Part shown: in pieces, positions 1-15,110 of the stretch
How positions within the stretch are numbered: position 1 is the first letter of the stretch
Layout of the letters: the number at the start of each line of letters is the position of its first letter
DNA from: the human T2T-CHM13v2.0 reference genome, Homo sapiens
NCBI RefSeq assembly: GCF_009914755.1
Contig: NC_060938.1
Length of the DNA stretch: 64,000 nucleotides
Reading direction: 5' to 3' (one strand)
Notes under the pieces: generated by a model
What the model was told of the DNA's origin: nothing
The model's database searches: none
What the model saw: only the letters and a program-made list of their open reading frames with translations
Made by a program: the position numbers and the translations under genes

Positions 1-98
1 AACCCTCTCCTGGCACCGCAGGCAAGCAAGAGAAAAGGCCGTGAGAGTCGGAAGGCGCGTCAGTAGTTTTCAGGTTTGCGAGCTCAACCACGAGACAG
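1..98 (-). other. CCDC88C: Start of the CCDC88C 3' UTR (continues beyond the window)
   Basis: Directly downstream of the TGA stop; no polyA signal within the window. Confidence 0.85.
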
Positions 99-1127
<1,029 letters not shown>

Positions 1128-2855
1128 CTACGGAGAAGAGAGTGAAGGTTGGAGGTGGGCATGAGGGTTGGGTGGGTCCTTGGAGCCGCCTCCTGCGCGG
1201 GACGCCCCCGAGCAGCCCACGTGGCTGGGACCGCAGTTCCTGCCTGCCTTCTCCGAGGCACATGTGCCGCCTCCACCACACACACCAGCCCTGGGCAGGA
1301 TGGTGAGGGTGGCTAAGGCAGCATGGGACCACCAGGAAAGAACCCCAGATTCCCCCCAGGCAACCCCCTAACTTTACAGATAAGGAAACAGACCCAGAGA
1401 GGGAAATGACTTCCTACAAAGTGAGTAAGTTTCCCAGAAACCTCGACTATAGCCGACTGCTTCGGTCTGTCTGGTTTCCACCAAGCACAGCAGGAACTAG
1501 AATGCTGGCGGATATGAGCAGGGCCTTCCTTCCCCGGTCACCCCGGGACATCATAAGGACTTCACCTTGCGCCACCGAGAGCAAGAGGAACAAGAGCAGC
1601 TCTTGAAACGCCGGAACCTTCACTGCCACTCAGACCTCTCTCTGGGCCCGAGAAAGAGAAGAGAGAGGCAGAATGGGGATGGGAGGGGGTGGGGGACAGA
1701 GAGGTACAAATGGGGTCCGCGAGGGTCCAGAAGGGGGAATGGTGGGGCTGCACAGGGAAATGAAGACACCAGGAAGGCCCAGCCGCCACACTGTCCCTGC
1801 TAAGCTGCCGCCCGGGCTGTGCTTCCCCTGCCCAGGGAGCAGGTGTCATTTGCCACCACCTTGGGAATAGGCAGAGCCACAGAGGCAAGGGTCTATGGCC
1901 CCACTCAGGAACTGCAGCCTTCTGCAAGCCTAGCTTCTCCTGAGGCTGACATGGATGAAGAGGAAGAGAAGTGAGTTCATGGGGGATGAGAGGCCGGCAG
2001 GTGTCAGCCTGAAGGCGGGTTGGTAGCTCAGGAGCCATCTGCACCTGCCAGCAACTCCTGTCCCACACAAACATCTGGACATGGTGCCACTGGACAGAGA
2101 TACATCTGCTGTTTTATGCTAGTTTGACGCTACACATCTTGGGTGGGCGTCCAGTAAGACCCGTGATATCACAGGTACCTTTCATCACCTGTGGGGCCAT
2201 GTGCTGTTCTGGGAACCACATGTATAATTGCAAAGAAACTCATTTAATTCTCAAAATGACCTCGCAAGGTTGTTGAAAGGCTGTATCAAGGTAAAGAAAC
2301 AGGTCACGGAGGTTTGGCAGGCCATGCGTCCAGAGAGGCAGACCCAGATGAAAGCCTATGGCTGCCTGACTCCAGAGCTGCTTTCCACTCCACCAGGCTC
2401 CTCCCTGCACACCTCAGAGCCTTTGATACCCACCCTTCCTGGCCACGCAGGGAGCCCCATCTTGTGACATGCCCTCCCTGCATCATCGACGCCCAGAGAG
2501 TGGGGGCGCGGTGGGCATACGGTTGTCATTTCCCTGGGATGGGAAGCCCCTGTGTACATTAGGGGCCTTGTGTGTCAGGGGTACCAGGAGGGAAGTCAGG
2601 TGTGTCAGGGGTAGGGGGTTAAATATACCAGGCAGACAGAGGGGGCTGGCTCGCTGCATGCCAGACATCAGCTTTCAACAGAAGCTGCTACAGCCAGACT
2701 GTTTTGGTCTCATTTAAGCTAAAAATGGAAAGGTAACAGTACAGGGCATAGGGAATGGGGACTGTGAAGACCAGTCTGAGCTGAGCAGGGAGGGGCCCCA
2801 CTCCTTGCTCAGGACCTGCCTGCCAGATCTCCAAAGGGAAAGGAAAGCATCATAA

Positions 2856-3595
<740 letters not shown>

Positions 3596-3599
3596 AGAC

Positions 3600-3779
3600 C
3601 AGTGGTTCTTAAACCATGGTGCCTACCCAGCCGCAAGACCATTATCTGGAATTTATAAAGATGCAAATTCTCAGCGAGCCCAACCTCAGACCCATTGATT
3701 CAGAAACTCAGGGGATGGGTTCTGTGGTCTGGCAAGGCCCCCAGACGATTCAAACGCACGCCTGAGTTTGAGAACCACA
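3600..3779. mobile_element. MER5A-like hAT-Charlie MITE
   Basis: Terminal inverted repeats cagtggttctt...gagaaccac and internal gatgcaaattctc/gattcagaaactc. Confidence 0.65.
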
Positions 3780-4374
3780 ACATTAGACCACTAACTTCTC
3801 GAGGGCAGGCCCTCCTTTGTTTTTCTCCAGCTTTGGCTTCTCCAGCTCCTTGCACAGAGTAAGTGCTTGGGAAAGAGAAATGTTTAAATGAAGGAAGGCC
3901 AGGGCCATGTTTTATATTTCTCTCGTGTCAACTGCAAGGCTGGGCACAGCACATGCAGGCAAAGAAAACCTGCTGATGAACTGGTTTGCTTTGCTTTCCA
4001 AGAGCAGGCACCATGCATACTGCTAAACATAAGACTGCAGGTGCTCAATAAATATTTACCAAACACACACTTTCTTTTCTGTGTCACTGTGCCCTAGTAA
4101 TGCAGGTCACAGGGTTTACCAGAGAGCCAGACAAAGTCCAAATGTGTTTCTTTAAGGGGAATGAGATGGAAAGACTGAAAAAGGCTGAAGTTTTAAGAAT
4201 CCTCAAAAGGGCTCAATTGCAGACAGTGAACTTCACTCACTCAGTAACCCAACAGCTCACGTGACAAAATTCAGAGCACTTTAAAGACGTATGTGCAGCT
4301 TCAAAAAAGCTAAACGAAGACCTACAGAGGTGGCAGGAGGTTGTCAACAGGCAGTGTTTAGGGTGAGGAGCTGC

Positions 4375-5056
<682 letters not shown>

Positions 5057-5271
5057 TGGAGAAAATGCAGGGTAAGCGGGTACTCAGAGCTCTGCCGTGA
5101 AACCCAGCGTGAGATCCTAGCCCTGTAAGTCAGGTGCTGGCCACGCACCCTTGGTGCGGGCCACAAGCTCTGCCAGCTCACTTCCCAGACCCAGGGGAGA
5201 GCAGCCTCCAGGGTTGGGGCTGGCGGCTGGCTTGCGGTGACTTGTCAGCTAGTGCTCTAGTCAGCCTCTCA

Positions 5272-5694
<423 letters not shown>

Positions 5695-6365
5695 TCAGGG
5701 CAGGAGACAGAGGACCCTCATCAGTCTTGGCAGCCCTCTGGTGGCTTCTAGAGGCTTCGTGCTGCCTTTGCCCACTTCAAACTATCAGAATAAAATCCCT
5801 TGCCCGAAAACCCAGGGCTTATTCCCACCAGGCTGAAAGTCTGGACTCCTTTTGAATTTCACTTTGGCTTTAAAAACAAAATACTTTGAGATAAAAGTGG
5901 AAAGCTTCTGCTGAAGTTTAAGTTATTACTGGCTGTAAGGCACTGCCCTTGTCAGCGCTCGCTCATGCACGTATTCAAAGCTTATTCAGCACCTGCTATG
6001 TGCTAGGGGCTAAATGTACAGGGAAGGTTCATGAAGAAAGACCACATTCTGTCCCTAACACAAACCATACATGTTCCGAGAATCAAAATCCTCCACATTT
6101 GTTCTGTGGCCACAGTAGAATGGAACTAGTGTTACTCTCCCCATTCTTCAGATGAAGTAAATGAGACTCGGGACCTGTGACATGCCTGCATTCTCAGTGC
6201 TGCTCGGGGGAGAAGGGAGCTGAACCCCAACCCATTCTAACTCCCAGCCTGTGCCTGAAACTGTACTGTGTGGCCTCTGAATGCGTCAGAATGCATTTGA
6301 AACCCCTAGTCATGTATTTTAAAAATTATAATAATATGACCCCAGAGCCAAACCACCAAATACAC

Positions 6366-6675
6366 TTTTTTTTTTTTTTTTTTTTTTTTTTTTCTGAGAT
6401 AGGGTCTCACTTCTGTTTTTCAGGCTGGAATGCAGTAGCATGATCACAGCCCACTATAGCCTTGACCTCCCAGGCTCGAGCGAGCCTCCCACCTCAGCCT
6501 CCTGAGTAGCTGGGACCACAGGCATGCGCCACCACGCCTAGCTAATTTTTTATTTTTTTAGAGATGGGGTTTCGCCATGTTTCCCAGGCTGGTTTCTAAC
6601 TCCTGGGCTCAAGCGATCCACCTGCTTGGCCCTCCCAAAGTGCTGATTATAGGCATGAGCCACTGTGCCTGGCCC
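6366..6675 (-). mobile_element. AluJ
   Basis: Diverged Alu dimer with polyT. Confidence 0.88.
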
Positions 6676-6714
6676 AAATCAATTTTTAAAAGTACACAGA
6701 AGCACAAGACTTAC

Positions 6715-6783
6715 CTTTTAGGTTAAGAGGTGAGCTGTTGCTGGATGTGTTTCTACTGCTCTCTAAGCTACTTGGCCGCGACA
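6715..6783 (-). CDS. CCDC88C: CCDC88C exon 28 ([23 protein letters not shown])
   Basis: ccatttcctttcag|TG ... AAAG|gtaagt; 69 nt, phase 1-1. Confidence 0.95.
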
Positions 6784-8928
6784 CTGAAAGGAAATGGCAG
6801 TGTTAAAATTAAAAAGCCAATGACCAGGTATATCCCAGATGAGCCATCTAAGAAAAACGATGCAGCAAAACAATCCCATGCCAAAGCTAAGCCCAACGCC
6901 CTCAGGAAGGAGGAGCTCTGGGACTCCCTCTGCGCTCCAGTGAGGAAGCCTCACTTCACCAACGGAGTGCTGGGCACAGCACAAGCAGCCATCAACAGAT
7001 GATACTCTGCTTATCTACATTTATGAGGCCTGGGGCTGCAGCTTCAAACAACTTCACAAAGGAAATCTCACACAGAACGCCAGTATAGAGGGCAGACAAA
7101 AAAAAGGCTGTGCTGGGTGAACCAGAGGTTGAGGTTGCGGGGGGCCCTCCTCTATTACTGCACAGAGCTTTCTGGAACACATGTGGACAGCCGAGGCCGA
7201 GGCCACGGGAAGAGAGATGAGGACCGTTCAGGGCCATGTGTGCGCACATGTAAGGGCACGCACCTGAAGGTGTCACGTCAGGGGACCCACAGGGAGCAGG
7301 TGCCAGGGGCCTGGGAAGGAAGGGGGCACTCCCTTCTCCTGGACATTTGCTATTCTTCAGCTTCTTTGTGTCATTTGCCTCAAATTTACATCTGCCCCAA
7401 AGGAAAAAAATCAAGGTTTATGGTGCTGAGGGCACCTGCCCACCTGGCCACAACAGGTGCTTGCCTGAGTGTGGCTCTGCCATGCCACCCCACTGCAGAC
7501 TTTCAGGAAGGCTGGCACCATTCCCTACAGAGGGCAGGCCATCCCTTCCAGGGCCTGCACACCTCTCCTGGGCCACTCCTCCAGCGGCCCTATCTCGAGA
7601 GCAAACATGTCTACGCTGCTGTGCTATGAACCCCCGTGGCAGGGATGGCATTTCAGTTGTCCCTGCCACCCCCAGCACCCAGCAGGTGCTGAGCTGAGCC
7701 ACCTCAGGAGCCTGCAGAAGAGACACCTGGGGTTCCTCTGCTCACTGTGCCACCAAGGCAAGTTCACTCAGGTTTCCTGGGTCCACAGGGCACCTGGTTC
7801 CAAGGGCTGAGGTGCTCTGCAAACAGCAGATGTCCAGAAAACACCTGCTAGCAAATATGTTTGAAACTGAGCCAAAAACATACTTGGTGATAGCGAATAG
7901 CCTAAAAACAGAATCGGTCCCCTCCCTGAGCAGTGAAAATGTGAAATAAACAAATGCACATCTCTCTTAAAAAAATAAGTAAATTTCAGTATAAGGAAAC
8001 CGTGATAGCGATCAACGGCCCAAAAGCACCATTGTTTATTCAAGTACTGCAATGCAAATCCTTTTCCCTTCTTTTTCCTAAGAGAAGCTAGAGGAAACAG
8101 AACATTTATGAAAAAAGTTCCTATGGTTAGCTGACTGATCGCAAATCTGGCTGCTCAGGGAGATGCACCCAGCACACGAGGCAGATTTCTTCTGTTGGAT
8201 TAGCCTCCACTCAGTGTAAAGATGTAAGACTCCCATTCATTCAATTGTTTCATTACAGTTCTTTACTCAAGTAGAAGACTGTAAGAATGTCATCAAGCTT
8301 TTTAGACCGTGGATAGGGGTAGGAGGTGATGCCAGCTCCTACACTTACCGAGCCTTTCACAAGTAAACTGAAATCGATGTAAACTTCAAGGGGTCTTTTT
8401 AGGATTATTTTCTCACCCTTGTAGGGTTGCTTTTCAAAAATTAAACCAAAGCAGCTTTTGATTTTTGAGAAGGCAGGTACTGTTTACTGTCTCCCTTCTG
8501 CAGAAATTTATAACATGCTCGAATCCAATGACAAGTGCTTCTAACAATTTCCAAGACTAAATACGCCTCAGAGCTACTATGGGCAACTGCAGCCAAGTGA
8601 GGACAGCAAGGGACCTTCTTGAAATGAACGCTCCCCACCTGGGCCACCGGAACTTCCTGGCCAGCCTGGAAGGGTGCTTGAAGGCATGAAGAGGAGAGGT
8701 CGGTGCTTCCAGAACTGTGATGCTTGGGAGGTAGCGAATTCCCCACCACTGGAGGTATGTAAGTAGAAGCTACACGCTCAGCCCCCTGGGGAGGGGAAGG
8801 AAGAATGGGTCCCCCATTTCCACCTTCATTTGGTGTTGGACTCCCGTACAGGACTCAGCTTAAAGGAAAGGTACCGTGGATAAAAACCAGTCTGGAAACC
8901 CAGGCTGGAGGACACAGCACCCTCCCTA

Positions 8929-9027
<99 letters not shown>

Positions 9028-10255
9028 TCATGGTTACGGAACATGCCTCATCCACAGGGAACCCCGCCACCTCGCCTGGCACCCGGATCCCAGTAGCTCC
9101 AGCTCTTGGGGATGAGGGAATGGCATGCAGATGCTGCCTTTGGGACCTGCCTCTCCTACCCCTCCACCGTTTCTCCTGCTGGGACAACCCTGACACTCCC
9201 GATTCCCATCCCCTTTAAATCACACTTCCACCTCTGCTGTGGCTGGAACGTGTGGACCAAAGGCGTGTTCTGGCCTAAGGATAATATAAAAAGAGCTGAA
9301 TATTGAGTATCCTGGGGAGTCCTTTCCAGTCTCAGAGGCCAGCCCTGAGAGCAATTCGCTTTCAGCAGTCAAGCTGTCTTCAGGTGGTAGGAGGAAGAAG
9401 GAAGAAAAAGAGGCAAAATCAGAATCTACTCCTTGAGGGGAGAGGCTGAATTCCTGGGGAATAACCCTTGCACTAACAGCTCCTGACCAGAAACAGACCT
9501 GGAATCCATTGGCCATCAAGCATTTGGCCTTTCCCTGAGGACTGGAAAATGCCCCACGCCTCAAAATCCTGCTAGTTTCTACCTGAGAGCAGACCCTGGG
9601 TCCCCTCCAAAATGACAACAGGGTCTCCATTTTGGAGATGGTGACATGCCCACCTGCAACAGATATCTGGAGTGGGAGGGTCCCTTGAGGTCAGGACCCT
9701 ATCTCTGTTGCTCTGTTGTTCAGACTCAAGGTTCTACATGCCCATGGCTTCAAGAGTCAGGTGAGTGGGTTTATTTATGCAAATTAACCCCTTCTTGCTC
9801 TCTCAGACTTCCAACACCCCAAAGGCAATCACTTTCAACTCCTTCAGCTGTTTCTTTGGATATTTTCCTATCTCTTAAATTATAAGGGGAATGCCCTTTT
9901 CCGTTTTAAGCATTATCTCTTCCTTTCTCTTTGCATATTTTAAATTTCCAAATGCTTCTCCCTTCCCTGTTGCTTTTTTATAGCATCCTGTTCTTGTTTC
10001 TTGGGTGCAATCATTTCTCTTGTCTCTGATTTGAGTGTCACCCGGCAAGATCTGACTGAGCCATTCTGCTGGGACTCTCTCAGGCTAATGAGATTACTCA
10101 AAGAATATTTTAATCTCATGCCTAAAGATGTGAACTCCTGGCACCCTGGAGACAGGGAGTTCCTAAATCCTTCACTGAACCCATTTGTTTTCAATACAGG
10201 ACACCTGCCTCAACTGTGTCAGTGAACTTCCAGTTCAGAGACGCTATCCTTTCTT

Positions 10256-10385
10256 GGCCAGGTGTAGTGGCTCAACACCTGTAATTCCAGCACTTTAGGG
10301 GGCCAAGGCAAGAGCATTGCTTGAGGCCAGGAGGTTGAGACCAGCCTGGGCAACATGATGAGACCACATATCTACAAAAACTTTA
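10256..10385 (+). mobile_element. FLAM / Alu left monomer
   Basis: ggccaggtgtagtggctc...tctacaaaaa, single arm. Confidence 0.8.
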
Positions 10386-10779
10386 AAATACACATACACA
10401 CACTAATTTAAAATATATAATTTATCTTCTCTCGAGAAAAAAACCCCAAACTTTTACCAAGGTAGGGCAATGGCAGTTGCCTGGTTTTAGCCCAAACTCT
10501 GGTTCTCAGCCCACCTTCACCTCCCTTCTGGAGCTATTTGGTGCCTTCATTTCCTGAATGCCGGTGGTGGCAGTGGGTTCTGAGGCCCCATTGCAGTTGG
10601 GCCTCTGAAGGGCTTCCTGCCCAAAGTCCTTGGCTGGTAAGCACAGCTGCATCTGTGCCACCAAAGCCTGTCAGCAGCCTCACCCCTCTACTCACCACCT
10701 CTCAGACTGAGAGGGAGAGCAACCTCTATGATTTCCGAGAGCCTGGGGTCTTCAGGAAGGACACTAGGCCCGACGCTCA

Positions 10780-11193
<414 letters not shown>

Positions 11194-12871
11194 TCAGAGG
11201 CCCCATGAGGATGGCTCTGGCTTTAATGCTGGGGTCATACTGCCAGCCCTGAGAGGCTGGGAGGAGACAAAGGGAGCCCCTGAGGGGATAAACTGTTGGT
11301 AAAAGTCACACATATTCACTCTAGGACACATCTCCTGTGTAACACTGTCCGGAACTCCAATCCCTGACTTCCAAGGATCCAAGCCTGTAGCTGAGGATCC
11401 GAAGGTCCTGCTAACCTGACTCACTAAGGACTTCAAATAGAAGTTTATTGCTAACCTCACAATATTCTGTTTTTTCAAAAAGGGAAGCCTTAATCTCTGC
11501 ATGGTGAGACGAACTGCAAGAAAATTTTTACCTTGTGTCTTGTGCTTTTCTGAAATCTCTAACTTTTCTACCATGAACATAAACTCTGGTCAAAATTAAA
11601 TAAAAACATATAAAATCATAAAAGAAAAACAGCCCATAAAACCAACTACCCCACAGGAAAGAGGACAGGCTCTCCCAACACAAGATAAAAATGAACATGG
11701 CTGGCATTCCTAAGAGCTGACAAAGCACTTTGCAGAGCGTCCCACTCCGTGTGCAGAGCCAGGACTCACTGTTGCAGTTCGGCTTCTCCACCCATCAAGC
11801 CGTCTGCCCTCCCAGCCACTCAAAGTCTGGGCTCACTGTGCAGTTTTAAGTGCCCAGAGCTGATGATTTGAAATCAAGGGGAAATTTGGATTTTGAAAGA
11901 TAACCTTGATGAGAAGCAAGATTCAAGTCTGCCTGAATCGGGACAGGTGGAATGAATCGGGACAGGTCATCCTACAGGTGAAGCTAAAATGAGGATCCAC
12001 AGGGGAGGCAGAGATGAGTGAACAGTTAGCATGAGCAGCGAACAGAGAAAGCACAATTCCAACAGCATGCGCGGAAGGCAGGTCTGGAGGACCCGGCACC
12101 ACGGCAGCCCAGGGTTCCCAGAGCGAGGCTCATGAGATGAAGTCAGTGGCACATTAACCGACTCTCATATTTTAGTAATTATGTGTTTATTCTTATGATT
12201 ACCTTGTTTTTATGATGATATGTGTGTTTTCCACTTACAGGACTGATACTAATCTTTCCTTTTAATACATTTAACTACAAACTGTGAATCAATGTAAGGG
12301 AAAACATGCAGGTAATCATATTTTTGTAGGTAATCATAGACGGTATCAGGATATGACAAAAATAACGGAGGTGGTACAGGGATGGCTAGAGACAGGAAAT
12401 GCTCCACAGGTAATGGCCTAGCTGGCCGGCTGGCATTTTCCCTTGCTCGAGGCATGATTTGTGTGCTGATGTTCTTTCTGTCTCCTGCTGTTTTAACTTC
12501 AGCATCCAAGATGTCATAAAACCACAGCACAGTCATAAAACTTCACTCTGGGCTGAACTCTGTCTGGGCAAAATCAATCCAATTAGTCAAAATGCCTGAA
12601 TGGAGCAATCAATCCTTCAAAACAGAACACATTTTATAAGGGCCTTACCGGAAAAGGCCCACAACTCAGTGCTCTGACAAAGGAAGAGGAGAAAAGGGCA
12701 GCAGTTTTAAATTTAGCTGCTTAAAAATAAGTCTTAAAAAAAACCCTCACTTGACAGAGGCTGTACATTTTAGGAAGTGCAGCAACCACCCGCCAGTGCT
12801 GCTTGACACACGGGCAAAACATAAGCTCGCAGGTGCAAGAGACGGGAGGGGGGCACGGCCACTCGACTTAC

Positions 12872-12884
12872 TTAGTACGGACAT
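12872..12884 (-). CDS. CCDC88C: Coding part of the alternative exon of the short Daple-V2 isoform (MSVLS, then exon 26; 552 aa)
   Basis: gccagg-ATG TCC GTA CTA A|gtaagt (A at -3; consensus intronic donor). Splicing to exon 26 gives AGC, so MSVLS-PGDLK, and 5+547 = 552 aa. This matches the recalled isoform 2 / Daple-V2 N-terminus. Confidence 0.85.
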
Positions 12885-13145
12885 CCTGGCCCAAGGACAT
12901 GTGCACGTATATCCTGAGGCTCCCCTAAAACTGTGTTGTGCTGAAGAAATGGTCCAGGGAGTGTGACAACTCATCTTCTATTTTGAAATCAGAATCCACG
13001 CTGGCTACTTTAAGCTTGAAATTGGGGGCAGGAGGAGGGGTCCGCTATCGGCCATCTGGCCTTTTAGACGCTGGCTTTTTTTGTTTGTTTGAATTTCGGA
13101 AATGAAGGAGGGTACACAATACAGACACATGATAAAGGAAAGGGA

Positions 13146-13312
13146 TTAGAAATCTCCAATGTCGGAGAAAGAGAGAGGCTCGTTAGGAGAGGATGGGATG
13201 TCGGAGGAAGACCAGAACCGCAGGCGTTTAGAGAGAGCTGGGTGGGTCGTTGGAGACTTGTCTTTGTCCTTGTTTTTGCTTTTCAAAAAGGGACTCTTTT
13301 TGCGCGGAGGTG
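13146..13312 (-). CDS. CCDC88C: Candidate alternative exon: 55-aa Girdin-like C-terminus APPRKKSPFLKSKNKDKDKSPTTHPALSKRLRFWSSSDIPSSPNEPLSFSDIGDF*
   Basis: Branch-like gctaat, about 90 nt AG-free pyrimidine-rich zone, then tttag|CA at 13313/13312. Phase 1 matches the exon 25 donor. Peptide resembles Girdin KRLPFLRNRPKDKDK at the equivalent position. Confidence 0.65.
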
Positions 13313-14098
13313 CTAAATTGTTATCAATCGGATAACCCAAAGGAGGAAGGAAAAAGAAAACACAAATAAATGAAATGAACAATAATGACAAATGAATCGA
13401 AATTAGCTAAATGTACTTAAGAAATCAGAATCCCGTCTTGCCCAGGAAAGATGAAAACAGTACACAGTACTCAAGAACAGAATCAGGGCTCAGTAATCAT
13501 CTGTGCTCTGACTCAATTAATTTAAAGGCACCTGAACGCCAACAATTTATTTCCTCAGCGTGTGAGGAGAATTACATACTGCCCAAGGAGCCAATGGTCT
13601 GGATGATTTTTCGGTTTCAGTGTGCCAAATTATTAAACACGAATGCTTATTAATTTAGGGCCCAACTTCTCTTACTCATCCATTTTAATGATGGGGTCCC
13701 TAACAGCTCAGCTCACACAATCCTCCCGTTCCCACTCAAAGACCTTGGGAACATTCAATGATCCGTTTCAGGGCGCTGTAATCAAATACTCTACCTGAAG
13801 TATTCACTAATGATTCTGTATCTCTAAAATAATCTTTCGGCAGGATGAGTTTTAAAATAATTTAAATACCTCCTTTGCATACTAAAAAAAACCCTTCAAC
13901 ACCAAGAATCATGATTTCCTTTTAGATCTTCTATATACATCCTCCACTCCAATCCTCCACTCCTTAGCCTCTAGTGTCTTAACAAAGCAGACAATTGGGC
14001 TAACTTCCTAAACTGTCTTATAGTAACATTAATCGACCTAACCAATTTCTGATGTAGGATTAAAGTTGATACCAGGATTTCCATTATTTCTTCCTCCA

Positions 14099-14117
14099 CA
14101 GCACCACCTGGTGGCCA
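14099..14117 (-). promoter_or_regulatory. Candidate CTCF site TGGCCACCAGGTGGTGCTG
   Basis: Near-consensus CTCF core on the minus strand; motif evidence only. Confidence 0.55.
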
Positions 14118-14259
14118 CAGTGGCTCACACCACAGCATAAGGGACCAACTTATTCAAGGCTGGTGTCCTTGTGGCCAGTTCAGGGCTAGGCTCTTGTTCG
14201 GCATCTTCAGGGACCCAGAGAGCTTTAACTGGAGGCAGTCCATGCAGTTAAGTGCATGC

Positions 14260-14485
14260 AGTTAAGAGCTCAGGCTCCGGAGTGCGGCCGACCTGCATTT
14301 GGGTCCCACTTACCCAAAGCAAATGTTTTACACTGCTGAGCCTCACTTTCTCACCTCTACACAGGGGAGGCCACGTCCACCTGCCTTGATAGGGTCGTTA
14401 GGATTCAATGAGATGCATAAAGCACATAAAGTAGTTAGAGGGTGCTGGGCCCAGAGGGAGCACCCAAGACATGGTGGCTGCTAGT
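14260..14485 (+). mobile_element. MIR SINE fragment
   Basis: gttaagagctcaggctc...ctgagcctcactttctcacct...aggattcaatgagat...cataaagcac. Confidence 0.6.
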
Positions 14486-14829
14486 GAACATGATCATGGT
14501 TTACAGACCTGCTTGCTCACGGATCACTTTGGACCAGTCAAGCATTTTTTTCTCTGAAAGTTTTCCTAACTCAGACTGATTATAGTTAATTAATTCCACT
14601 TAAAGAGTAATACAAGTTGAGATGACAAATGTCCAAAAATTAAACAGGAGCCAATATAAAAACCTGAGGCAACAGAACCCCTCTAGCTTAAAAAAAGTTA
14701 AGCTTCTCATTTACTTGCATGTGAGGCCTCTAATTTTTTTCCTTCTCACCCTGTCTTACGGTGCTGACTCTATCTAATCTTATCCCCATAAAGAATGACA
14801 GTGTGTTAGTCCCTGAACAATGTGCGTGA

Positions 14830-15110
<281 letters not shown>

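Noticed and set aside
11194-11580. ORF containing RLRLPFLKKQ, superficially like the Girdin KRLPFLRN segment
   Set aside because: No KDKDK, no suitable acceptor, and the AT-rich context looks like an old repeat; the 13312 exon is a far better match.
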